Origin: Promethearchaeati archaeon SRVP18_Atabeyarchaeia-1
GTDB lineage: Archaea; Asgardarchaeota; Atabeyarchaeia; Atabeyarchaeales; Atabeyarchaeaceae
DNA: 64,000 bases
Assembly: GCA_037308085.1 (NCBI GenBank)
Contig: CP147779.1
Coordinates: 768,001-832,000, forward strand
Direction of reading: 5' to 3'
Made by a program: the position numbers and the translations under genes. Under the pieces are notes generated by a model that was given only the letters and a program-made list of their open reading frames with translations, searched no databases and was not told the DNA's origin. Positions 10,362 through 19,194 of this stretch are shown in pieces (the first letter of the stretch is position 1; each line of letters starts with the position of its first letter).

Positions 10362-11539
10362 GTGGAAGGCAGGGTAGCAGGAATCCCTTTGAACTCGATG
10401 AGACTGTCAAGAGCATCGCATCAGAAATAAGGAGACTCGAAGAAGATAGAAGCAAGCTGGCTACAGCTCTCAGGGATGTAAGACGCAGTCTGGAATTCAC
10501 TATTCTCTCTCCGCAGATCATCAGGGACATTCTCGAAGAGAGGTTTTCTTACGAAGTCAAACGCACGGATCTTGTGGGACTTCGAGTCGCAGGAATAGAT
10601 GGAGGCATAGTGGCGCGATCGTACCAGAACATAGACCTAATACTCACTAGGGCAGTAGGAGCCATCTTTACCTATAGGCCGGGTGGCAAGCTTGAGGTTG
10701 GATACTTTCCGGAGGAAACACCTCTCCCAAGCATAATCTCAAATCTCATGCCTTCCTCGGTCTCAGATTTCGAGCTCAGAGCATCGATCGAGAGGATTAC
10801 TTGTGAGTTGCAGCTTGCCATAGCTTTGCAGGATTATGCCAAGGTTGACCTTATCATTCTCGACGGATCGATCGTGCCCCAGCTCAGCGACAGGCCCCCA
10901 TTTTACTCAACGCTAGGGAGTAGATACAGGAAAGTCGTGGACCTGTATGAAACGCTTTACAGACTGTGCATGGATACGGGGACGCTTCTGGCTGGCGTTG
11001 TAGAAGACAGCCGGAGCATAAGGTACATGCAAATCCTCGGTAGATTGCTCCCTCACCTGATAGAGAAAGTGCCATCACTTAAGAAGATCCTTGAATTCGA
11101 TTACAGGAGGGTCGTCCAGCAGACCAAGGACGCTGATCTTTTGGAGAAGGTGCTGGATCCGGGAGAGAGGACGTCGGTCTTCCACTACGCGGAGTCTGAC
11201 TCAGATTACTCAGCTTTTGGCGACTTTAGTAGCAAGACGTGGGCAGATCTCGTGAATGTTTTCTATCTTAGAACCGTGGAGTTCGACAAACCGATCAGGG
11301 TCGAATATTTGGGAACGGGATCCAACAAGGTTCTGACGGCTAGAAAGATAGCGTCGGCAATCTATCCTCTTTCATGTCATCATGCGCAATACGGTATCCC
11401 CTCAGTTCTGATTGAGGCGGATGCAAGGGCACACCTGCGTGACGGTGACATAGAGATAATATACGAGCAGCTTATCGAGAAAACTGGCAACCCTCTGATG
11501 CTAGCCAAGATTAGAAGGGAAAGGCGACCATTCTGGTAA
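10358..11539 (+). CDS. nurA: DNA double-strand break repair nuclease NurA
   Basis: AGIDGG, ILDGS and YGIPSVLIEADARA; ATGA overlap with the pyrG stop; precedes herA. Confidence 0.9.
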   Translation: MSGRQGSRNPFELDETVKSIASEIRRLEEDRSKLATALRDVRRSLEFTILSPQIIRDILEERFSYEVKRTDLVGLRVAGIDGGIVARSYQNIDLILTRAVGAIFTYRPGGKLEVGYFPEETPLPSIISNLMPSSVSDFELRASIERITCELQLAIALQDYAKVDLIILDGSIVPQLSDRPPFYSTLGSRYRKVVDLYETLYRLCMDTGTLLAGVVEDSRSIRYMQILGRLLPHLIEKVPSLKKILEFDYRRVVQQTKDADLLEKVLDPGERTSVFHYAESDSDYSAFGDFSSKTWADLVNVFYLRTVEFDKPIRVEYLGTGSNKVLTARKIASAIYPLSCHHAQYGIPSVLIEADARAHLRDGDIEIIYEQLIEKTGNPLMLAKIRRERRPFW

Positions 11540-11581
11540 TCCTAAAGGTTATCTATTCCCATCTGAATGATAAGGTGAAAA

Positions 11582-13102
11582 GTGAAGATGCAAGGAAAGG
11601 AAATCGGATCGGTGGTTTGCACTATTGATGGGCCAAGCTCAACAGAGTTTAGCTTCGTTGTGACAAGATCGACTGAGGGCGATGTACCAGTCAGGAGAGG
11701 ACAGCTCGTTGAGCTCAAGGGAGAAGAAGGGGAAGTCATAGGATCCGTAACTGAGATCCTGAAGACCAACAGGTACTTCGAGAGGGCTGAGGCTGTCAAG
11801 GAATTTGAGAGAAGCGCCCCAATTAGGACAATCTTTCCAGTTGACAGGTGGGAATATGTAATCGCAACTGCAAAATTGATGGGGGTGCGCAACAGTGCAA
11901 ACGGAAGATTCGTGAAGGCGGATTACCCACCAAGCCCCGGTGAAAAAGTCTACCTAGCTGAGGATGAACTGATATCCGACATTTTGGGTTTCGAACGCGA
12001 GGATGGGTTATACCTCGGAACGCTCTACCAGCACAGCACGAAAGTGAGCCTTAATCTCACGAGGCTTCTGCAGAAACATGCCGCCTTACTCGGAATCTCC
12101 GGCGGAGGGAAGTCGTATCTTGCCTCTGTGATGATCGAGGAGTTGCTCTCGCGAAGAAAGGAGCAGGGGCGTTTAGCCATAGTTGTCGTTGATGTTCACG
12201 GAGAGTACACTTCTCTTGCAGAGAAACCCAGTGAAACCAGCATTGAGGATTACTCGGGTAGGGTTACAGTCGTCAAGGGGAGTTACTTTGAAATCGCCGC
12301 GCGCCACCTGAGTCCGGTCCTGATGATGGAGCTCGCTCCTCAGATGTCGGTGATCCAAGCTAGGGAACTAAGCAGAATATTCGATGGCGTGAAGAAGAGG
12401 TCGATGGAGTCGAAACAGCCATTCTCCTTGCCAGACATAATCAAAGACGTGGAATCAGACGAACACATAAATCCAAGGAGCAAGGAGGCTTTACTGGGGT
12501 GGCTCTTTGACCTCGAGAGCCTGAAAATCGTCGGACGTGAAGAGAACCCTAGCCTCGACGACGCGTTGGCGCCTGGTAAAGCGGTGATAATTGATCTCAG
12601 CGACACCGTGAATCTGCGCAGGAAGCAGATTATCGTCACCTATCTCGCAACGAGGCTGTTCTCGCTGAGGAGAAGAGAAGAGGTTCCTCCCTTTGTGATG
12701 ATCCTAGAAGAGGCACACCAGTTTTGCCCTGAAGGAAGCAAGATCCGCGCGCCTTCGAGAGGGATCATTGAGACGATAGCGAGGGAAGGAAGGAAATTCT
12801 TTGCATCACTTGTCCTGATCAGCCAGAGGCCAGTAAGGCTATCAACAACAGTGTTATCACAGTGCAACACTCACATCGTGATGAGGGTTACAAACCCCTA
12901 TGACCTTCAGCATATCGGTGAGAGCAGTGAGGGTATTGATCGTCCTGCTCTCGACATTATCTCGTCCCTGCGGGCAGGGGAAGCGCTCATAGTGGGCTCA
13001 GCAGTGAATTTTCCGATCTTCATGTCAATAAGAAAAAGGAAGTCCAACGAGCCTCGGCTTTCAAGAAGCCTTGAAGAGGTTGCTAGGCGCTTCGATTCCT
13101 AG
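11582..13102 (+). CDS. herA: HerA helicase/ATPase
   Basis: HAS barrel, HAALLGISGGGKS Walker A, DVHGEY, EEAHQF, REGRKF and SQRP. Confidence 0.92.
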   Translation: MKMQGKEIGSVVCTIDGPSSTEFSFVVTRSTEGDVPVRRGQLVELKGEEGEVIGSVTEILKTNRYFERAEAVKEFERSAPIRTIFPVDRWEYVIATAKLMGVRNSANGRFVKADYPPSPGEKVYLAEDELISDILGFEREDGLYLGTLYQHSTKVSLNLTRLLQKHAALLGISGGGKSYLASVMIEELLSRRKEQGRLAIVVVDVHGEYTSLAEKPSETSIEDYSGRVTVVKGSYFEIAARHLSPVLMMELAPQMSVIQARELSRIFDGVKKRSMESKQPFSLPDIIKDVESDEHINPRSKEALLGWLFDLESLKIVGREENPSLDDALAPGKAVIIDLSDTVNLRRKQIIVTYLATRLFSLRRREEVPPFVMILEEAHQFCPEGSKIRAPSRGIIETIAREGRKFFASLVLISQRPVRLSTTVLSQCNTHIVMRVTNPYDLQHIGESSEGIDRPALDIISSLRAGEALIVGSAVNFPIFMSIRKRKSNEPRLSRSLEEVARRFDS

Positions 13103-13108
13103 TGCCTG

Positions 13109-13384
13109 CTAGCGAAATGCTATAATAACCCTGTCGACGGCGGGCTCGCAGATCTTACGTACACCGTGGACTCCGGGTTCGTAGCGGGCTTTCACTAAGC
13201 CAGCTTCTTCAAGAATCTTGATCTGCGCTGATATGTTTGCCTCAGTCTGGCTCAGAGTGAGTGCGATTCTGCTGACATCGATTCCTCTTCTCTGAAGCAG
13301 TTTCATTATCTCCCATCGTGTCGGAGATGCAAGGGCTTTGGCCAGTTTGGACACGTCATCGCCGCTGATCTCGATCTCGGACAT
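13109..13384 (-). CDS. ArsR-family winged-helix regulator
   Basis: AKALASPTRWEIM...ISAQIKILEEAGLV. Confidence 0.85.
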   Translation of the reverse strand: MSEIEISGDDVSKLAKALASPTRWEIMKLLQRRGIDVSRIALTLSQTEANISAQIKILEEAGLVKARYEPGVHGVRKICEPAVDRVIIAFR

Positions 13385-13553
13385 TTTGCATCAACTCACT
13401 AGATTAGCTACAGCCTGAAACAGCGACCGCGTTGGCGGTTGTTCTGTTCTGCTATACATTTAGTCCTCTCACTATTTAATATTTGCTTTGTCTATACAAT
13501 GATCCCGGCGTTTCTATGCTTAAGAAAGTCTTTAAGCTTAGCAGCTCACTATT

Positions 13554-14547
13554 TTGCTCTTGATGGCGAGAGATGATTTCACCCAATTCATGAAACCTCT
13601 AAGAAGGAGGTATCCAGAGATTCGCTCAGCAAGGATCTTCAGAACGATAGACGACATGGACACGAAGATACTTGGATCAATAGAGCTAGGGATGCGGAGA
13701 TTCGAGTTTGTTCCAATAGAAGAGTTGCTGAAGATGACTAGGCTTTCGAGGAACGACCTTGACTTCCGTCTTTCAAAGCTTCTCAAGAAGGAGTTGGCTA
13801 GACGCTGGGTTGGTTCGTACGTTGGCTTTGAAGTTAGTCAGGTTGGCTATGACTGCCTAGCGTTTCATGCGTTAGTCAAGGAGAACGTGCTGGAAGCTAT
13901 AGGTCCGCCCGTGGGCGTCGGGAAGGAATGCACATGCCGCCAACTACGGCCTGCAGAGTGGTCAGCAGTGCACTGAGTCTGACGTCTACAGGGTTTCATT
14001 GACCTCAGGGGAACCCGCAGTCATCAAGCTCCACAGACATGGCAGAACGAGTTTCCGAACTGTAAGGAGGACAAGGGGATATGTAGCTGACAGAAGGCAT
14101 ACATCCTGGCTGTATATCTCGAGACTGGCAGCGACAAGAGAATATTTGGGGCTTCAGAGGCTCTACCCTGCCGGGGTATCCGTTCCCAAACCCATTGCCC
14201 AGAACAGGCATGCTATTGTAATGGGGGTAATCGAAGGTAACTCACTGGCGGAGTGCCATGTCCTGCGCAGACCTTCCAGAATGCTAGATGAAATCATCGA
14301 GAATATTAAGAAGGCCTACATCAAGGCTGACATTATTCATGCAGATCTGAGCGAGTATAATGTTCTGGTGACGCCGAAACTCAAGACTCTAATTATCGAT
14401 TGGCCTCAATGGATTAGCTCAAACCATCCCAACTGGCGCTTCTACCTTGAGAGAGATCTGACGAACATACTGAATTTCTTCGAAAGAAAATTCGGAATAA
14501 GGAAGGAACTCTCAGAAGTTTTTGCTTACGTGACGTCTCCCAAGTGA
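13554..14547 (+). CDS. rio2: RIO2 serine/threonine kinase, interrupted by a 49-nt insertion
   Basis: wHTH (MRRFEFVP, GYDCLA) in ORF 13554-13976 and kinase core (KLHRHGRTSF, HADLSEYN, IIDWPQ) in ORF 13999-14547; removing 13929-13977 restores GVGKESDVY in frame. Confidence 0.88.
13929..13977 (+). other. Candidate BHB-like mRNA intron in rio2 (49 nt)
   Basis: Terminal TGCAC/GTGCA stem, exon-exon pairing GCGTCGG/CTGACGT and an in-frame TGA inside; precise excision repairs the P-loop. Confidence 0.6.
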
Positions 14548-14599
14548 CATGCGTCAGCCAATCGGCTTCAGAATTGTCTGAGAGAAATACCGAGAAAAC

Positions 14600-14935
14600 A
14601 ATTGTTAAAGGAACCGATGATTCCCCAGCCACTAACGCTTGCCACCATCCATAGGCTTACGCCTTACGCTCAGACAAGTTCTCTCTGTGAGGGGAATGTT
14701 AGGGTTCGGTTCCCACGCACGGTCTGTACCCCTTTTGGGTATGGCTTTATGCGCGCACCAACCATTATTTGAATGCGCTCTGCACTCATTTCCTGGCGAA
14801 TCGCCGGAAGGATTCGTGTCGAGTCCGTTCTAAGGGGTAGTTTCGACCATGCAGCTCCGGTGTTGCCTATCCCCTTGCTCCAGTTATCATCGATTCAAAC
14901 TGGTCCTCTTTAGGAAGGCTACCGTCCCTTCATCG
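14600..14935 (-). mobile_element. Degenerate group II intron domain I fragment
   Basis: Minus strand reads GGTAGCCTTC...GATAACTGGAGCAAGGGGATAGGCAACACCGGAGCTGCATGGT...GAACGGACTCG...GGGAATCATC, resembling group IIB DI from memory; no GUGYG start, DV or RT ORF seen. Confidence 0.45.
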
Positions 14936-15167
14936 CTAAGAACACTACAGGAACTGATTTGGTTAAAAGGACTACTCTCTACGAAGAGATGCAGAGCGTC
15001 AGATGATCCGTCTTGTTTTTCGTGGCTTCTTGGCAACCAAAGAGAGAAGGGCGATGGTAAGAATCGTTGCCTTCTCCCTGTTGGAAAACATGTCTCCTCG
15101 ATTCACACCGTTTATGACTATTCAAGATACCTTGGTTTTGGAATGATAGAAAAAGAAAGAAATGGAG

Positions 15168-16175
15168 TTAGGCTGGGCGTATGTTCGTCTGTTCTGTTCG
15201 AAGTGGGGTTGGTTGGTTCTCTTTTGGTTGTTTCTCTGTTCTGTGTTTCTCATAGTATACTCTCGTCCAGTAACCTCGCGTTGGTTTTTGAATACCGAGT
15301 CTATCACATCTTCTCGTTACCGCTCCATCTGTAACGTTGTACCTGGTAGCAATGTGTATCAAGGGCATTTCTTGCACTAATCGTTCTGGTTCTTCCTTCG
15401 TGATTGCTCTCCATTCACTCTGTAGTTCTCTTCTTCTTTGAATCTTCTCGGGTGTGTGAGCTTCAGCGGCTCTACGTGCTTTTTCCTTTGGATCACATGG
15501 AAACCATCGTTTTCTAGGCATGCTCTGAGTGTAGTTCTTCATCATCTCATTGAACAACCTGGCACCAAGGCACATGATGCATTCAGTTCCCTTTGTCTTT
15601 CGACCAAGTATCACTTCTTCGTCTGCGCGTCTATGAATCCTGTATCCCAGATCAAACCTATCTTTGACCTGTTCCACAAATCGGATGTTGCCAGACGTGA
15701 TCGCTGTCGTATGCTGTATTCCGTCGCCGTCATAGTAGCCTAGTAGAAAGGCGAGTTCCAGATCTCTGCGAGGCAACTTCGGATATTCAATTCGCTTTGA
15801 TTTTCTAGGGATAAGTCCATGTGTCAGAAGATCGTTGCCCATTTTTCTGCAGGCGAAGATAATCAGAGTTGATACCTTTCCGTTCTTCTCCGTCACGTGT
15901 TTCTTTTTGTCTTTGTTAAGCCCAAGGCAGTCGCAGTACTTTTCGATCGTTTCTTCGTCTTTTTGACTAAGCTTCATTACAATTTCCATTGCTCCAGTTC
16001 TAGAGTCTCTCTTGATGCAGCCGTCGGCGAAGAGAAATCCTAGCCAATATGCTTTCTCTTTCGTGTCTATTTTGCCAAAGTAATTGAGTTTCAGGTTCGG
16101 GTGGACTGTATTCGCTTTCCACTTCTCGTACCATCGCTCCATCTGAACATTCTTCCTCCAGGTGCTCTTTGTCAT
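15168..16175 (-). CDS. Free-standing double-motif LAGLIDADG endonuclease-like protein with C-terminal HTH
   Basis: KAYWLGFLFADG and AFLLGYYDGDG motifs; C-terminal LIHIATRYNVTDGAVTRRCDRLGI; start uncertain (up to 16274). Confidence 0.8.
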   Translation of the reverse strand: MTKSTWRKNVQMERWYEKWKANTVHPNLKLNYFGKIDTKEKAYWLGFLFADGCIKRDSRTGAMEIVMKLSQKDEETIEKYCDCLGLNKDKKKHVTEKNGKVSTLIIFACRKMGNDLLTHGLIPRKSKRIEYPKLPRRDLELAFLLGYYDGDGIQHTTAITSGNIRFVEQVKDRFDLGYRIHRRADEEVILGRKTKGTECIMCLGARLFNEMMKNYTQSMPRKRWFPCDPKEKARRAAEAHTPEKIQRRRELQSEWRAITKEEPERLVQEMPLIHIATRYNVTDGAVTRRCDRLGIQKPTRGYWTRVYYEKHRTEKQPKENQPTPLRTEQTNIRPA

Positions 16176-16308
16176 ATGGTTTTTCAGTCCCTTCTCTCTC
16201 TGCAACGTTCTACGAGTCACAGCGCCTGGGGAAAGGCTTCGCACAGTGAATACATCCTTTAATGTGCACATCACAGGAATGCTCGCTAGCTATGGTTGCT
16301 TTCTCAAC

Positions 16309-16670
16309 AGACTCTTCCCATGGCTTGAAGCTGGTGGGCTTTCCGTTTCGTTTGCTTCTTCTCCGCCCGTCGCCGGGTCGGTGGTTCCGGAAAGCCTATT
16401 GTGGAAGTTGCGGCTCCCGGGCTTTCGCGCGCCGCGCTTTTCCAGCCCGCTCACCTCGCCAGGCGTGGTGGGTTACGCTTCGCGTCTCGGTGCTCGGAGA
16501 CCACCATCCGCCCTGGGAAACAGAGACTCAGGCTCTTTGCATCGGGGGCGCCACCCCGCGCGGTCTCACCCCAAGGCCCAAAGAAATACGCGCAACGGAA
16601 GTATTTAAGCCAACCATCTGGCGGGCATGGTTCTTCCCACCCCTGAAGGGAGTGGGCTTCCCTGCGACAG
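16309..16670 (-). mobile_element. Non-autonomous IS605-type mini-element (left end, promoter, TnpB-type omega-RNA/right end, no ORF)
   Basis: Left end GGAAGCCCACTCCCTTCAGGGGTGGGAAGAACCA plus CTTAAATACT matches 63723-63790; right end GAAAGCCCACCAGCTTCAAGCCATGGGAAGAGTC; GC-rich structured interior. Confidence 0.7.
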
Positions 16671-16684
16671 AATTGTAAAGCTGG

Positions 16685-17368
16685 TCACGTTCGCATCTCT
16701 CTTGAATCGCTGAAGACGATGCCGCTGGCACTCATTTCCCGCAGAACGCGGGGGACAATACCGTCGGGCGCTCCAACTGGTCGTGTGAGATCAATGACGA
16801 GGACAGAATCGAAGCCTAGCCTCTTTCCATCCATTGCGCTGTAGAAGACGCAGTAGTCCAGCGCAAGACCGCATAGGAATATTCGCTTGATCCCGACGGT
16901 GCGCAGGTACCCTGAAAGCCCAGTCTCGGTTTTCTTGTCGTTTTCAACGAAGGCTGAATAGCTGTCAATGTTTTGATTGGTTCCTTTGCGAATTATGAGC
17001 CGGGCGAATCTCGTATCTAAGGTGGGACTAAAGTCTGCTCCAGTTGTCCCACAAACGCAATGGTCTGGCCAAAGAATGGGACCGATTCCCTCAGCCGAAT
17101 ACGGCTCATAGGGCTTCTTCCCCTTATGTGCGCTGGCAAAAGACTCGTGATTGGGGGTATGCCAATCCTGAGTGAGGATAATGCTGCCACCTGCAGCATG
17201 AAACCTGTCAGCCAGCTGATTCACGCCGGGCACGATAAGATCCCCCTCCGCCACGGGCAGAGCACCACGAGGCATGAAGTCGTTCTGCACATCGACAATG
17301 ATCAGTGCATCATTAGGGCGGATTCCCATCGCCTTCTCAATTCGTACTTTTGAGACATCCACGGGCAT
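16685..17368 (-). CDS. pncA: Nicotinamidase/pyrazinamidase
   Basis: IVDVQNDF, TQDWH, WPDHCV, RKG, DSYSAF and GLALDYCV. Confidence 0.95.
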   Translation of the reverse strand: MPVDVSKVRIEKAMGIRPNDALIIVDVQNDFMPRGALPVAEGDLIVPGVNQLADRFHAAGGSIILTQDWHTPNHESFASAHKGKKPYEPYSAEGIGPILWPDHCVCGTTGADFSPTLDTRFARLIIRKGTNQNIDSYSAFVENDKKTETGLSGYLRTVGIKRIFLCGLALDYCVFYSAMDGKRLGFDSVLVIDLTRPVGAPDGIVPRVLREMSASGIVFSDSREMRT

Positions 17369-17509
17369 ACACTTCCAGTATCCATTCCAAGGATCAAGCC
17401 AAGCAACAAGTCATCGAAACAGAAGGAAACGAAAAGGGAATTTAAGATTTGTCCGGCAGAATTGGCAACAGAAGATCGGGGTGAAGGGTCTTCAGATAAG
17501 GCATCTTGT

Positions 17510-19180
17510 CTACCTTTCAGTTTGAAATGTTCCAATGTTAACCTCAAATGCTACAACTGGATATTCCAGTTCGAAGTTTGTGATCACTTCGGGATGAAGC
17601 TCACCGAGGACGGCTACCCTCTTGCCTCCCAGAAAACCCGCGGCGACCCTTCCTCGTATGAAACTTGGGTTCTCTATTGGCGCAAAAGATAGCTGACTTG
17701 TATCTCTGACGAACCCGCTCACGTAGGCTGTGAAAACAGATTTTATCTCTGCAAAACTGGCAGTCGGGTGTGTCGCGGCTGCGCCACAGTGCAGTTCTTG
17801 ACCTACGCCGGTCTCAGATCCCAGATTTGGGCAGCCCACATCCCCAACCTCAAATATTCTCTGAGGAAGCTTCTCATGCTTATTCGTTCTAAGTGTCTTA
17901 ACCAAGCCTGGCAACAGTGATTCTCTCAAGATGGTGTACTCGGAGCTCACCGGATTGCGTAGCTTGATCAGAGGAGTCCCCGCTGTCCTCATGTACTCGA
18001 AGTGCTCTATTTCGTTGGTCAATGTGAAGTTCATGATTTCCTGATACCCTAACCCAATCATTAGTCGCCTGCTGAAGGCTTCAAGTCGTCTCGAGGGATG
18101 CGTTTTTCCTATCGTTAAAGATGAGGGCAACTTGGGCCTTATTTTTGAGTATCCGTAACCTATGGCAACTTCCTCGGCTAGATCCACTTCGTGAAGCACA
18201 TCGACTCTGTAAGCAGGCACCAATACGCCTAGCTTGTCCTCGTCGATTTTCTTTACGCCGAATCGGGATTTTCTGAGGCACATTCCGATCTCGTCTTGTG
18301 AGAGTTGAAGTCCAAGTAACCTGTTGGCATAGGCAGATGAGAGTGATAATTCCATGGGCTCAAGAATCGGCGTGGTGGTTTTCTTCTCGCCTTCGGCCAC
18401 AATGATGGATTCTACTTTTCCTCCCATCTCGGCAAGCTGGGTGACGACCAAGTTTAATGCGCCGTTGACTGAGTTGTGGGACGTCCCGGTGACATCTATG
18501 AAGAGATTCCTGGTGTTCTCTGTGACTTGGGTCACAGTCCCATTGATTATGGGCGGGAAGGATAGAACTTGGTCGTTCCTGTCAACTATAATCGGGAATC
18601 TTGAGTGACCTTCGACTAGATGCTTGTATGCTATCCCTTTTGGATGGGTAGACAGGATCTCGTCTAGGTCTTCTGGCTTGTCTCCTCCGAGCGGGGTAAA
18701 CTTGATTGACTTTGGGTCGATGGCTTTGTACTTGAAAGGTGGGACCACTCTATCTAGATCGTGCAGTCCTATCGACGCTTTTCGCCGATCCCTCCCGATG
18801 GCCCAGTGGATGTCTTCTTGGGCAGCCATCAACTCCTCGATGTCGGAGCCAGATAGCCTGATGTCCCTGCAGATTGCGCCAACGATATCTGGTCTTACAC
18901 TCTTGACTGACTGCTCTACAACTAGGTAGACGTTCCCCTTTTTGACTTCATACTTGGGCAGTCCGACTTCTATCTCCTGCAATCCTTTGAGTGCCCTAGC
19001 GACTCCTTGCTGGCTGGAGAAATCAGGTCTGTTCGGATTGTACTCTATTCTGATCCAGTCTTGGCCTTCATCCTCGATCTCCACGCCGATCCAAGGCACT
19101 ATCTCCTCAAGCTGTTTCAGGCTGAGGGGCTTGCCGATTAGCGAGGACATCTTGTCGATAGCTAACTTGACTACTGGCAC
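17510..19180 (-). CDS. pheT: Phenylalanyl-tRNA synthetase beta subunit
   Basis: PNRPDFSS, GRDRRKASIGLHD, FPPIING and RVDVLHEVDLAEEVAIGYGY. Confidence 0.97.
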   Translation of the reverse strand: MPVVKLAIDKMSSLIGKPLSLKQLEEIVPWIGVEIEDEGQDWIRIEYNPNRPDFSSQQGVARALKGLQEIEVGLPKYEVKKGNVYLVVEQSVKSVRPDIVGAICRDIRLSGSDIEELMAAQEDIHWAIGRDRRKASIGLHDLDRVVPPFKYKAIDPKSIKFTPLGGDKPEDLDEILSTHPKGIAYKHLVEGHSRFPIIVDRNDQVLSFPPIINGTVTQVTENTRNLFIDVTGTSHNSVNGALNLVVTQLAEMGGKVESIIVAEGEKKTTTPILEPMELSLSSAYANRLLGLQLSQDEIGMCLRKSRFGVKKIDEDKLGVLVPAYRVDVLHEVDLAEEVAIGYGYSKIRPKLPSSLTIGKTHPSRRLEAFSRRLMIGLGYQEIMNFTLTNEIEHFEYMRTAGTPLIKLRNPVSSEYTILRESLLPGLVKTLRTNKHEKLPQRIFEVGDVGCPNLGSETGVGQELHCGAAATHPTASFAEIKSVFTAYVSGFVRDTSQLSFAPIENPSFIRGRVAAGFLGGKRVAVLGELHPEVITNFELEYPVVAFEVNIGTFQTER

Positions 19181-19194
19181 CTGTATGCACCTCT

